DNA of 22,359 nucleotides from Planctomycetota bacterium. GTDB lineage: Bacteria > Planctomycetota > PLA2 > JAEUHO01. The translations under genes were made by a program, and so were the position numbers. This document shows positions 1 through 9,192 of the stretch, piece by piece. The notes beneath the pieces are model-generated. The model saw only the letters and a program-made list of their open reading frames with translations, searched no databases and was not told the origin of the DNA. The DNA lies in NCBI GenBank assembly GCA_050248855.1, contig JBFWRP010000044.1, positions 1 through 22,359 on the forward strand. The letters are read 5' to 3'. Every line of letters begins with the position of its first letter. The first letter of the stretch is position 1.

Positions 1-121
1 CGGCATGCACCCACAGCTGGGCCTGGGCCACGAGGGAGAAGGCCAGGATGCGGACCGCGAAGCCGGCCACGGCGAAGCGGGCGCTGCCGGGCAGGTCCAC
101 GAGGCGGGCGTCGGATCGCAT
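1..121 (-). CDS. 5' end of a probable membrane protein (runs off the window)
   Basis: Manual translation from ATG at 121 gives MRSDARLVDLPGSARFAVAGFAVRILAFSLVAQAQLWVHA..., open to the window edge. Third codon positions are GC-rich, there is a hydrophobic segment, and it lies 54 nt downstream of sucD on the same strand. Not in the ORF track because it is truncated. Confidence 0.5.
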   Translation of the reverse strand, partial: MRSDARLVDLPGSARFAVAGFAVRILAFSLVAQAQLWVHA

Positions 122-142
122 CCGCAGACGGTACCCCGCCGC

Positions 143-170
143 TCGCGCGCGCGGAGGGACGCGCGCGCGA
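143..170 (-). terminator. GC hairpin just after the sucD stop (possible terminator or mRNA-stabilising stem)
   Basis: TCGCGCGCGC (143-152) pairs with GCGCGCGCGA (161-170): 10-bp stem, 8-nt loop. No U-tract follows. Confidence 0.35.
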
Positions 171-175
171 CTCGC

Positions 176-2379
<2,204 letters not shown>

Positions 2380-2679
2380 GGCGCCCTCCGTCGCGCGGCG
2401 GGCGGCAGGGGCTGCCGGGGCCGCGAGCCGGGGAGGCTACCGCCCGCCCGCCACGACCCCTGTCAATTGCCAGACGGCCGGAGGCGAAGCACCGCCAGGC
2501 TCCCTCTGCGTTGCCGTCACCGCACGGAGCTCCGCGGCCCATCGGTGAAGCCCGCGCGTCGGCGGGCGCCGGTGCCTGATGGACGCACAGGGGACGCGTG
2601 CCTCGGATCTTCACGGGCCGTGAGGGGTGCAGGGGTTGCGCGGGACCGCCCATCGGGCGGACCGCTTGCACGCGCCTCG

Positions 2680-4332
2680 TCAATTGCCCGTGACGGCAGC
2701 GGGGGGCGGCATGACGCCGCGGGTGGCGCGCTTCAGGAAGAGCAGGGCAAAGCACGTGTCGAGCACGTCGTACGGCTCGTGGGTGGACTTGGTCTCCCAG
2801 AAGGCCGTGTCCATGGCCTCGGGCTGCATCTTCTTGTCCGGCACCTGGCTGGTCGTGCGCTGCATGCGCTTCAAGAGCTGCTCGGCGCCCTCCTGGTACC
2901 AGAGGCGCTTGCCCACCAGCTGCTTGCCGAGCATGTCCATGGTCCGCTCGAGGGCGTAGAGGTAGTACGTGTGGTAGCCGACGCCGCTGTTGCGGTTGTC
3001 GAAGCTGGACCAGTTGCGGTCCAACCACGCGAGCCCGTCCCACACGGCCTTCTCCATCTGGGCCGCCAAGGGACTCGTCTCGAAGGTGCGCTTCGTCTTC
3101 CTGTGGTTGGCGAGCACGTCCCGGCACATCAACAGGTTCGAGATCCCGCAGGCGGTCATCGAACCGGTGGCCCGGCCCTCCGAACGGTCGGGGCTGCCCT
3201 TGATGTACATGAACCCGCGCGCCTTGTCCTTGGGCGCCGCGTAGCCGCCGCGCGCCAGCCCGGGGTCGTGCCGCTCATGGTCCGGCCCGGACTCTTCTTG
3301 GTGGGAGAGCGTGAACTCGGCGATGTCGAGCCACACCTGCGGGTCCACGTCCACGCCGAAGCGCTGCGCGTTGTAGAGCGCCAGCGCCGCCAGCTGCGTG
3401 CTGGAAAGGTCCTGGTTCGCGTGCGGCGGCACGGTGACCGTGCGCGTCTTGCTGGACGTGGCGCGCCCGCGCCCGCCGCCACCCCCACCCAGCTGGATGC
3501 TCGGCGTGTTGTAGCGCCAGCCCAGTCGCTCGGCGGGCGGTGCATCCTGCGCGGGCACCCCGCGTCGCTCGACCAGTCCCTGGACGAGCTCGACCAGCCA
3601 CTCCTGGTCGTCCTTGTCGCGGATGCGCAGCTTCTTGCGGCTCGTCCCCGTGTGCTTCTTCTGGTCGTACTTGGCCGTGAGGGCCAGGATCATCGCGGAG
3701 ATCTCGTAGGAGCTGCCGGCTTCGGTGTGGGTCCACGTGAACGGGTCGTACTCGCCCTGCTTGTCCCACTGCTCCGTGATGCGATGGCGCAGCTTGAGCC
3801 AGCTGAAGCCGCGCTCGATCACGCCGTGGGACGGCTCGACGTCGCACTTGAGCAGCGTGTAGAGCGCGAGAGCCGTCGCGCCCGCCGGGTGCGGGTAGCC
3901 GGGCCCCGTCCCCCCGCCGTAAAGCGTCTTGGACTGGATGAAGCCATAGTGCGCGCCCTGCGGCTCGTCGCGGGCACCGGGAATCTCGAAGATCTTCCCG
4001 CGCGCGAGCAGCCAGTGCGTGCCCTTCTCGATGGCCTCGTTCACCTGCTCGATGAAGGGAACGTCCTTCTCGCCCAGGTCCGGCGGCGCCTCCTCGTCGG
4101 CGCCCCCCTCCTCGTCCTCCTCCTCATCGGGTCCGGCGAGAGCCTGGCCTGCGCCAGGGGCACCGCTACCCGCGGGCAGGCCCACGGCCAGGGCGAGCAG
4201 GGCCACGAGACCGGCAAGGGTCAGGGCGAGCCAGCGCGTGGATCCCGTCTCGAGCGACCCCGCCGCGAGGGCTTCGGTCGACGCAGCCGGGGGCCTCGCG
4301 GAACAGGGCCCAGTCGGGGAAGCGACGTCCAT
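2680..4332 (-). CDS. Exported hypothetical protein, prenyltransferase/squalene-cyclase-repeat-like alpha/alpha barrel (550 aa)
   Basis: C-terminal part of track ORF 2680..5547. ATG at 4332 has GGAGG 6 nt upstream. An N-terminal hydrophobic segment (WLALTLAGLVALLALAVG) and acidic linker precede repeats: AIEKGTHWL, GATALALYTLL, GWRY, DLSSTQLAALAL, TGSMTACG, GLAWL, YYLYALER, WYQEGAEQLL, TCFALLFL. These resemble the planctomycete prenyltransferase-like domain (recognised from memory). Confidence 0.75.
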   Translation of the reverse strand: MDVASPTGPCSARPPAASTEALAAGSLETGSTRWLALTLAGLVALLALAVGLPAGSGAPGAGQALAGPDEEEDEEGGADEEAPPDLGEKDVPFIEQVNEAIEKGTHWLLARGKIFEIPGARDEPQGAHYGFIQSKTLYGGGTGPGYPHPAGATALALYTLLKCDVEPSHGVIERGFSWLKLRHRITEQWDKQGEYDPFTWTHTEAGSSYEISAMILALTAKYDQKKHTGTSRKKLRIRDKDDQEWLVELVQGLVERRGVPAQDAPPAERLGWRYNTPSIQLGGGGGGRGRATSSKTRTVTVPPHANQDLSSTQLAALALYNAQRFGVDVDPQVWLDIAEFTLSHQEESGPDHERHDPGLARGGYAAPKDKARGFMYIKGSPDRSEGRATGSMTACGISNLLMCRDVLANHRKTKRTFETSPLAAQMEKAVWDGLAWLDRNWSSFDNRNSGVGYHTYYLYALERTMDMLGKQLVGKRLWYQEGAEQLLKRMQRTTSQVPDKKMQPEAMDTAFWETKSTHEPYDVLDTCFALLFLKRATRGVMPPPAAVTGN

Positions 4333-4338
4333 CGAGAT

Positions 4339-4364
4339 CCTCCGAGATGCCGGCCACCATGCTA
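4339..4364 (-). promoter_or_regulatory. Candidate -10 element (TAGCAT) and RBS (GGAGG) for the 550-aa gene
   Basis: Minus strand reads TAGCAT (4364-4359) ... GGAGG (4343-4339) ... ATG (4332). Confidence 0.4.
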
Positions 4365-4412
4365 CGGGGCCACCGCCTGGCCGAGGACGCTCGCCCGGAC
4401 GGCGGCCGCCGA

Positions 4413-5414
4413 TCAGGGAAGCAAGGCCCGGACCAGTCCGGGCAGGCTCGCGTCGTAGCGGTAGCCCAGGTGCCGGTGGCCGTCGTCGAACTCGACGTGC
4501 TGGTGGCGGATGCCCGCGTCGGCGAGGCGCTCCGCGAACACGCGGGCGCCGTGGTGCAGGTGGTACTCGTCGCGGGTCCCACACTCCACGTGGAGGTGGC
4601 GCAGCGACGCCAGCGCGGCCGCGGAGACGCCCACCCGCCGCACCGGGTCGTGCGCCAGCCAGCGTTCCCAGACGTCGTCGCGGCGCTCGCCCGTGCGCTC
4701 GTGGAACGGCAGGTCGAAGCCGCCGTCGTCGCGCGGGCTGTAGAAGGCGGCCAGCGCCACCACCTCGAGCGCCGGGAACCATCGCCCGGGAAACGTCGGC
4801 GCGTCGCGGAACGTCGAGCGGAAGCGCTCGAGGCCACCGGCGGCGGCCAGCGCGTCGACGGCCTTGGGCAGCATCGGCCCGTAGCACGACTCGAAGTAGA
4901 GATCGCCCGAGTGGCACGCCGCGCCTGCGAAGACGTCGGCGTGGTCCATGACGAAGCGCAGCGCGCCGAAGCCGCCGCTCGACTTGCCGAAGACGCCGCG
5001 ATGCTCGCGACCGGGCAGCACGCGGAAGCCCTGTTCGGCCCACGGGACGAGCTCGTCCACGACGTGCCGGGCCCAGGGCCCGACGGCCGGGGAGTCGATG
5101 TACTGGTTGCCGCCCAGCGACGTCATGCCGTCCACGAACACGATCACGGCAGGCGGCATGTCGCCTGCGGCGACCAGGCGGTCCAGACGCTCGGGCAGCG
5201 TGCCCTGGTACCAGTCGTAGGCCAGGAACGAGGCGCCGGTCCCCGTGAAGCCCGCCAGGCCGAAGAGCACGGGATGGCGCGCACTGCCCTCCGGGTCGTA
5301 CCCCGGTGGCAGCCACACGGGAACGTCCCGCTCGCACGGGTCGCCGAGCGGGTTGCCTGCGAGCAGGCGGCTGGTGACGCGGTGGCGCTCGACGCGACCC
5401 TGCGCGCCGCTCAC
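4413..5414 (-). CDS. Putative esterase, alpha/beta hydrolase (enterochelin esterase/Fes-like family), 333 aa
   Basis: Motifs LLAGNPLGDP.ERDVPVWLPPGY, nucleophile elbow GKSSGG, CGTRDEY (Asp) and DDGH (His). GTG at 5414 overlaps the upstream TGA (GTGA coupling). The longer track ORF start is spurious. Confidence 0.88.
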   Translation of the reverse strand: MSGAQGRVERHRVTSRLLAGNPLGDPCERDVPVWLPPGYDPEGSARHPVLFGLAGFTGTGASFLAYDWYQGTLPERLDRLVAAGDMPPAVIVFVDGMTSLGGNQYIDSPAVGPWARHVVDELVPWAEQGFRVLPGREHRGVFGKSSGGFGALRFVMDHADVFAGAACHSGDLYFESCYGPMLPKAVDALAAAGGLERFRSTFRDAPTFPGRWFPALEVVALAAFYSPRDDGGFDLPFHERTGERRDDVWERWLAHDPVRRVGVSAAALASLRHLHVECGTRDEYHLHHGARVFAERLADAGIRHQHVEFDDGHRHLGYRYDASLPGLVRALLP

Positions 5415-6127
5415 GAGGCGGACCACACCCAGCGACGCGCGCGGGCGTCCCACACGAGATCGCCGCGGATCTGCAGCACGTCGCCGCGCTGCACGACCTG
5501 GTCGCCCTGCCCACGGCGGCTGCGACCCTGCGCCACGATGCGCGCACGCACGGGGCGGGAAGGATCTTCGGTCTTGACCATGCGCAGCCGCAGCACGCGC
5601 CGCGCGCTCACCATCAGGCCCGGCCCCAGCTGCACGCGCGGTGCGGTGATGGCGTGCTCCGTGCCCGGCTGGCCCATGTAGGTCAGCGTGATCAGCTCGT
5701 CGTCGCCCACGATGCGGTCCTCGCGGCGGACGGCGACCTCCTTCAGCCAGCCGGAGATCGTGTTGACGGTCAACGTGCTGGCGAAGAACTCCTTGCTCAC
5801 GACGACGTCCACGACGTCGCCGAGGATCCACTGGCCGTGGTCCGGGGTTCCGAGCCAGGCATGCACGGGCGCCAGGTCCTGCGCCGTCAGCGACACGATC
5901 CCGCCCCCTCGCCGGCCCGGCGGCCGCGAGGGGGTGTGCGCCGGGGGCGGGGCTGCCGGCGGCGCCGCGTCCGGGTCGGGCAGCGTGGGGTCCAGCTTGT
6001 GCGGCGCCAAGCGCACGCGGTAGGGACCGGGATCGGTCAGGGGTGCGAGGCCGAGGCGCTGCGAGGGCAAGGGGCCGGAGCACGCCGCCAGGAGAAGCGG
6101 CGTCGCCCAGAGGCATGGACGTCGCAC
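5411..6127 (-). CDS. Hypothetical lipoprotein (238 aa)
   Basis: AAGGAGG precedes GTG 6127. The N-terminus MRRPCLWATPLLLAAC carries a lipobox (LAAC), followed by a Pro-rich linker and a beta-strand-rich domain. Confidence 0.7.
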   Translation of the reverse strand: MRRPCLWATPLLLAACSGPLPSQRLGLAPLTDPGPYRVRLAPHKLDPTLPDPDAAPPAAPPPAHTPSRPPGRRGGGIVSLTAQDLAPVHAWLGTPDHGQWILGDVVDVVVSKEFFASTLTVNTISGWLKEVAVRREDRIVGDDELITLTYMGQPGTEHAITAPRVQLGPGLMVSARRVLRLRMVKTEDPSRPVRARIVAQGRSRRGQGDQVVQRGDVLQIRGDLVWDARARRWVWSAS

Positions 6128-6174
6128 GGCATCGCCTCCTTCGTCCGGGGCCACGGGAGGCAGCCCCCTACTGT

Positions 6175-6825
6175 CTATCGGTCGCCAAGGGGACGGACTC
6201 CCCGCTCGAGGTGGTGCTTGACCCAGCGGCCCAAGACGTCGACCTCGACGTTGACCCGCTCTCCGACGGCCTTGGTCCCGAGGCCGGTGACCGCCACCGT
6301 GTGCGGGATCAGGTACACGCGGAAGCGTCCCGGCAGCCCCGCGGGCTCGCCGTCGGGGTCCCGGCCCACCTCGCCCACGGTCAGGCTGACCCCGTCCAGG
6401 GTCACGGAGCCCTTCGGGAGGAGGCCGTCGAGCAGCTCGTCCGGCACGGCGATGGTCAGCGCCAGGTCCTCCCCCTGGGCCTCGCGCGCCACGAGCACGC
6501 CGGTCCCGTCGACGTGCCCCTGCACCCAGTGCCCCCCCAGGGGGTCGCCCAGCCTGAGCGCCGGCTCCAGGTGCACGAGGTCGCCCGGCAGGCGGTCGCC
6601 GAGCGACGTCTTGCGCAAGGTCTCGGGGATGACGTCGAAGGCCACGCGCTCCGGGCCCACCTCGACGGCCGTCAGGCATACGCCGTCGACGGCCACGCTG
6701 TCGCCGACCGCAGTCCGCGGCAGCGGCCCTTCGGGCTCGACGACGACGCGCACGCGGCCTCCGTCCACGCCCTGGCGCTCCACGGCCGTCAGGCGTCCGC
6801 GATGGGTCACGATCCCGGTGAACAC
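6175..6825 (-). CDS. ribE: Riboflavin synthase (alpha chain)
   Basis: N-terminal MFTGIV, plus GDSVAVDGVCLT, GGHWVQGHVDG, KGSVTLDGVSLTV and VNVEVDVLG. Overlaps the trmD 3' end by 19 nt. Confidence 0.96.
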   Translation of the reverse strand: MFTGIVTHRGRLTAVERQGVDGGRVRVVVEPEGPLPRTAVGDSVAVDGVCLTAVEVGPERVAFDVIPETLRKTSLGDRLPGDLVHLEPALRLGDPLGGHWVQGHVDGTGVLVAREAQGEDLALTIAVPDELLDGLLPKGSVTLDGVSLTVGEVGRDPDGEPAGLPGRFRVYLIPHTVAVTGLGTKAVGERVNVEVDVLGRWVKHHLERGVRPLGDR

Positions 6826-7529
6826 GCACCCTCCCCGTCGTGGGACTGCAGCAGGTCCGGACGCCGCGCGCGGGTGCGCGCCAGGCGTCGCTCGCGCCGC
6901 CAGGCTGCGATCGCGCCGTGGTCACCGCCGAGCAGGACCGTGGGCACCTCGCGCCCGCGCCACGTGGCGGGTCGCGTGTAGTGCGGGTGGTCCAGCAGGC
7001 GGTCCGGGCCCGAGAAGCTGTCCTCGCTCGCGCTGTCCTCGTGCCCGAGCACGCCGGGCACCAGGCGGGCCACGGCGTCCAGGATCACCAGCGCGGCGGT
7101 CTCCCCGCCCGACAGCACGTAGTCGCCGATGCTGACCTCCTCGGGCTCGAGCACTTCGATGGCGCGCTCGTCGATGCCCTCGTAGCGCCCCGCCACGAGG
7201 ACGAAGCCGTCTGGCGCCGCGGCCAGCTCCTCGGCGAACCGCTGGTCGAAGCGCCGCCCCTGCGGCGTCAGCAGCAGCGTCCGCACGGCCGGGCCGTGGC
7301 GCCCGCGGGCCCGCTCGACCGCCTGCACCACCGGCTCCGCCATCAGCACCATCCCGGGTCCCCCGCCGAAGGGGCGATCGTCCACGACCCGGTGGCGCCC
7401 TTCGCCCAGATCCCTCAAGTCCACGAAGTCGACGGACACGAGCCCGGCGGCGACGGCCCGTCCGACCACGCTGGACGAGAGCCAGGGGGCGAACAGTCCG
7501 GGGAAGAGGGTCACGACCGTGGCATGCAT
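6807..7529 (-). CDS. trmD: tRNA (guanine37-N1)-methyltransferase
   Basis: Motifs VTLFPGLF, VDDRPFGGGPGMVL, LLTPQG, GRYEGIDER, SIGDYVLSGGE and HYTRP. Start set at ATG 7529 to match the usual TrmD N-terminus. Confidence 0.96.
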   Translation of the reverse strand: MHATVVTLFPGLFAPWLSSSVVGRAVAAGLVSVDFVDLRDLGEGRHRVVDDRPFGGGPGMVLMAEPVVQAVERARGRHGPAVRTLLLTPQGRRFDQRFAEELAAAPDGFVLVAGRYEGIDERAIEVLEPEEVSIGDYVLSGGETAALVILDAVARLVPGVLGHEDSASEDSFSGPDRLLDHPHYTRPATWRGREVPTVLLGGDHGAIAAWRRERRLARTRARRPDLLQSHDGEGACSPGS

Positions 7530-7576
7530 GGTGGGCGCCGCGTCGGCCACCCGGCCCGTCGAGGGCCGGAAAAGGC

Positions 7577-7623
7577 ATGACGACGGAAGGCCTGGGCGTA
7601 CCATCCGGGGCTTCCCCCTGCAA
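7577..7623. promoter_or_regulatory. Candidate overlapping divergent sigma70-type promoters for trmD and rplS
   Basis: Plus strand: ATGACG (7577)-N16-TACCAT (7599-7604). Minus strand: TTGCAG (7623-7618)-N17-TACGCC (7600-7595) with an extended -10 TGn. Confidence 0.35.
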
Positions 7624-7702
7624 AGGCCATCCGGCCGCCGGGGGACCTTCCCGTGGGCCGGGCCCCTGGACCCGGACGCCGCGAGAGCCTGGGAGATCCG
7701 CC

Positions 7703-8119
7703 ATGTCGTCCCGCATCCGTCCGTTCGAGGCGCCCTGGACCCGCCAGGATCTCCCGCCGCTCGCCATCGGTGACTCGGTCGACGTGGCCGTGCGCATCAC
7801 CGAAGGCGAGAAGCAGCGCATCCAGACGTTCTCCGGCACGGTGATCAAGATGCGCGGCGCGGGCCTCGGCCGCACGTTCACCGTCCGTCGCATCGTGGCG
7901 GGTGAGGGCGTCGAGCGCATCTTCCCGATGCACAGCCCGGTCGTCGAGGGCGTGCAGATCAACCGCCGGGGCCGCGTCCGCCGGGCCAAGCTCTACTACC
8001 TGCGCGATCGCGTGGGCAAGCGCACCAAGCTGCGCGAAGTCCTGGGCCGCCGCGGCCAGATCGAGCAGACGCCCGCTCCGGCCGTTCCCGAGCCCGTCGG
8101 CGAGCCGGCCGAGGCGTAG
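7703..8119 (+). CDS. rplS: 50S ribosomal protein L19
   Basis: Motifs GDSVDVAVRITEGEKQRIQTFSGTVI, TFTVRRIVAGEGVERIFP and GRVRRAKLYYLRDRVGK. GGAG lies upstream of ATG 7703. Confidence 0.97.
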   Translation: MSSRIRPFEAPWTRQDLPPLAIGDSVDVAVRITEGEKQRIQTFSGTVIKMRGAGLGRTFTVRRIVAGEGVERIFPMHSPVVEGVQINRRGRVRRAKLYYLRDRVGKRTKLREVLGRRGQIEQTPAPAVPEPVGEPAEA

Positions 8120-8129
8120 CCCCCGCAGC

Positions 8130-8150
8130 GCTCGCCGCCGCGCGGCGAGC
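8130..8150 (+). terminator. Hairpin after rplS
   Basis: GCTCGCCGC pairs with GCGGCGAGC: 9-bp stem, 3-nt loop, 10 nt after the stop. No U-tract. Confidence 0.3.
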
Positions 8151-8215
8151 CGGCGCGTTGCTCCCGCTGCCGCGTCCCTGGTGCCGGTCCCCGTGACCGA
8201 CGCGGCGTCCGCCGC

Positions 8216-8641
8216 GTGGCCCCGTCCGTGCACGCGCGCGACGACCATGCGCTGGGCCGGCGCGGCGAGCGACGCGCGGCACGCGCGCTGAAGAGGCGTG
8301 GCTTGCGCATCGCCGCTCGTCGCCTGCGCCTGCCGGCCGGCGAGGTCGACCTGCTCGCACTCGACGGCGACACGGTCGTCGTGGTCGAGGTCAAGAGCGG
8401 TCGCCGGACACCCTTCGCCGAGCTGGCGGCGCGCGTCGGGGCCGCGCAGCGGCGTCGCCTGGCGCGTGTCGTGGCCTGGCTCGAACGACGGCCGGACCTG
8501 GTCGGGCGCGCGGTGCGCGTGGACTTCGTGCTGGTGCGCTTCGAGCGGTGGCCGCGCGCCCGCGTGGAGCATCGGCGCGACCAGATCCTGCCCACGGAGG
8601 GGACATCCCGCGGGCAGCCGGCCTCGAAGGGGTGGGCGTAG
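8216..8641 (+). CDS. yraN: YraN (UPF0102) family putative endonuclease
   Basis: LGRRGERRAARALKRRGLRI, GEVDLLA and VVVEVK (PD-(D/E)xK-like). Position downstream of rplS is typical for the family. Exact start is uncertain. Confidence 0.85.
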   Translation: MAPSVHARDDHALGRRGERRAARALKRRGLRIAARRLRLPAGEVDLLALDGDTVVVVEVKSGRRTPFAELAARVGAAQRRRLARVVAWLERRPDLVGRAVRVDFVLVRFERWPRARVEHRRDQILPTEGTSRGQPASKGWA

Positions 8642-8705
8642 GGGCCGCCCCGTGGTATCGACGGCGGCCCACGGGGGGTGCCCCCGACGGAGCCGGCATC
8701 CGCAC

Positions 8706-9170
8706 ATGGCGAACGCGCCCCTACGCTTGGCCGATCACATGGACGCCTCGCGCGTCGTCGACCTCGTCGCCACCACGAAGGTGGCCGCGCTCGAGGAGCT
8801 CGTGCGCGCAGCGGCGAGCTCGCCCGACGTGGCCGATGGCGAGGCCCTCCTCGCCGCCGTGCGGGACCGCGAGAACCTGCTCAGCACCGGCATCGGCCTG
8901 GGCATCGCCATCCCCCACGCGCGCATCGCCGGCGTCAGCTCGTTCGTCGTCGCCGTCGGTCGACACGCGGCCGGCCTGCCCTTCGACAGCATCGACAACA
9001 AGCCGGTCCACATCGTGGTGCTGATCGCCGGGCCGCAAGACGCGAAGAAGCCTTATCTCGAGCTGCTCGCCCAGATCAGCAAGCGCTTGAAGCTGGAGGA
9101 CGTGCGCCAGCGCATCCTCGCGGCCCCCACGGCCCAAGACGTCGTCGACTTGCTCACGCAGCTGGCCTGA
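8706..9170 (+). CDS. PTS IIA component, fructose/mannitol/nitrogen (PtsN-like) family
   Basis: DRENLLSTGIGLGIAIPHAR (phospho-His) and FDSIDNKPVHIVVLI. ATG at 8706, 154 aa. The track ORF's N-terminal extension overlaps yraN and is not credible. Confidence 0.9.
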   Translation: MANAPLRLADHMDASRVVDLVATTKVAALEELVRAAASSPDVADGEALLAAVRDRENLLSTGIGLGIAIPHARIAGVSSFVVAVGRHAAGLPFDSIDNKPVHIVVLIAGPQDAKKPYLELLAQISKRLKLEDVRQRILAAPTAQDVVDLLTQLA

Positions 9171-9192
9171 GCCGCTGGCCCGAACGCGAGAC

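Noticed and set aside
2434..2466. TTGACA...TAGCCT as a canonical sigma70 promoter for sucC
   Set aside because: The spacer is 21 nt, too long for the two hexamers to act together. The -10 alone may still be real.
4333..6925. Apparent long N-terminal extensions or fusions in track ORFs 2680..5547, 4413..6116 and 5411..6925
   Set aside because: Each extension runs out of frame through the neighbouring real gene. RBSs and start/stop overlaps support the shorter starts at 4332, 5414 and 6127.
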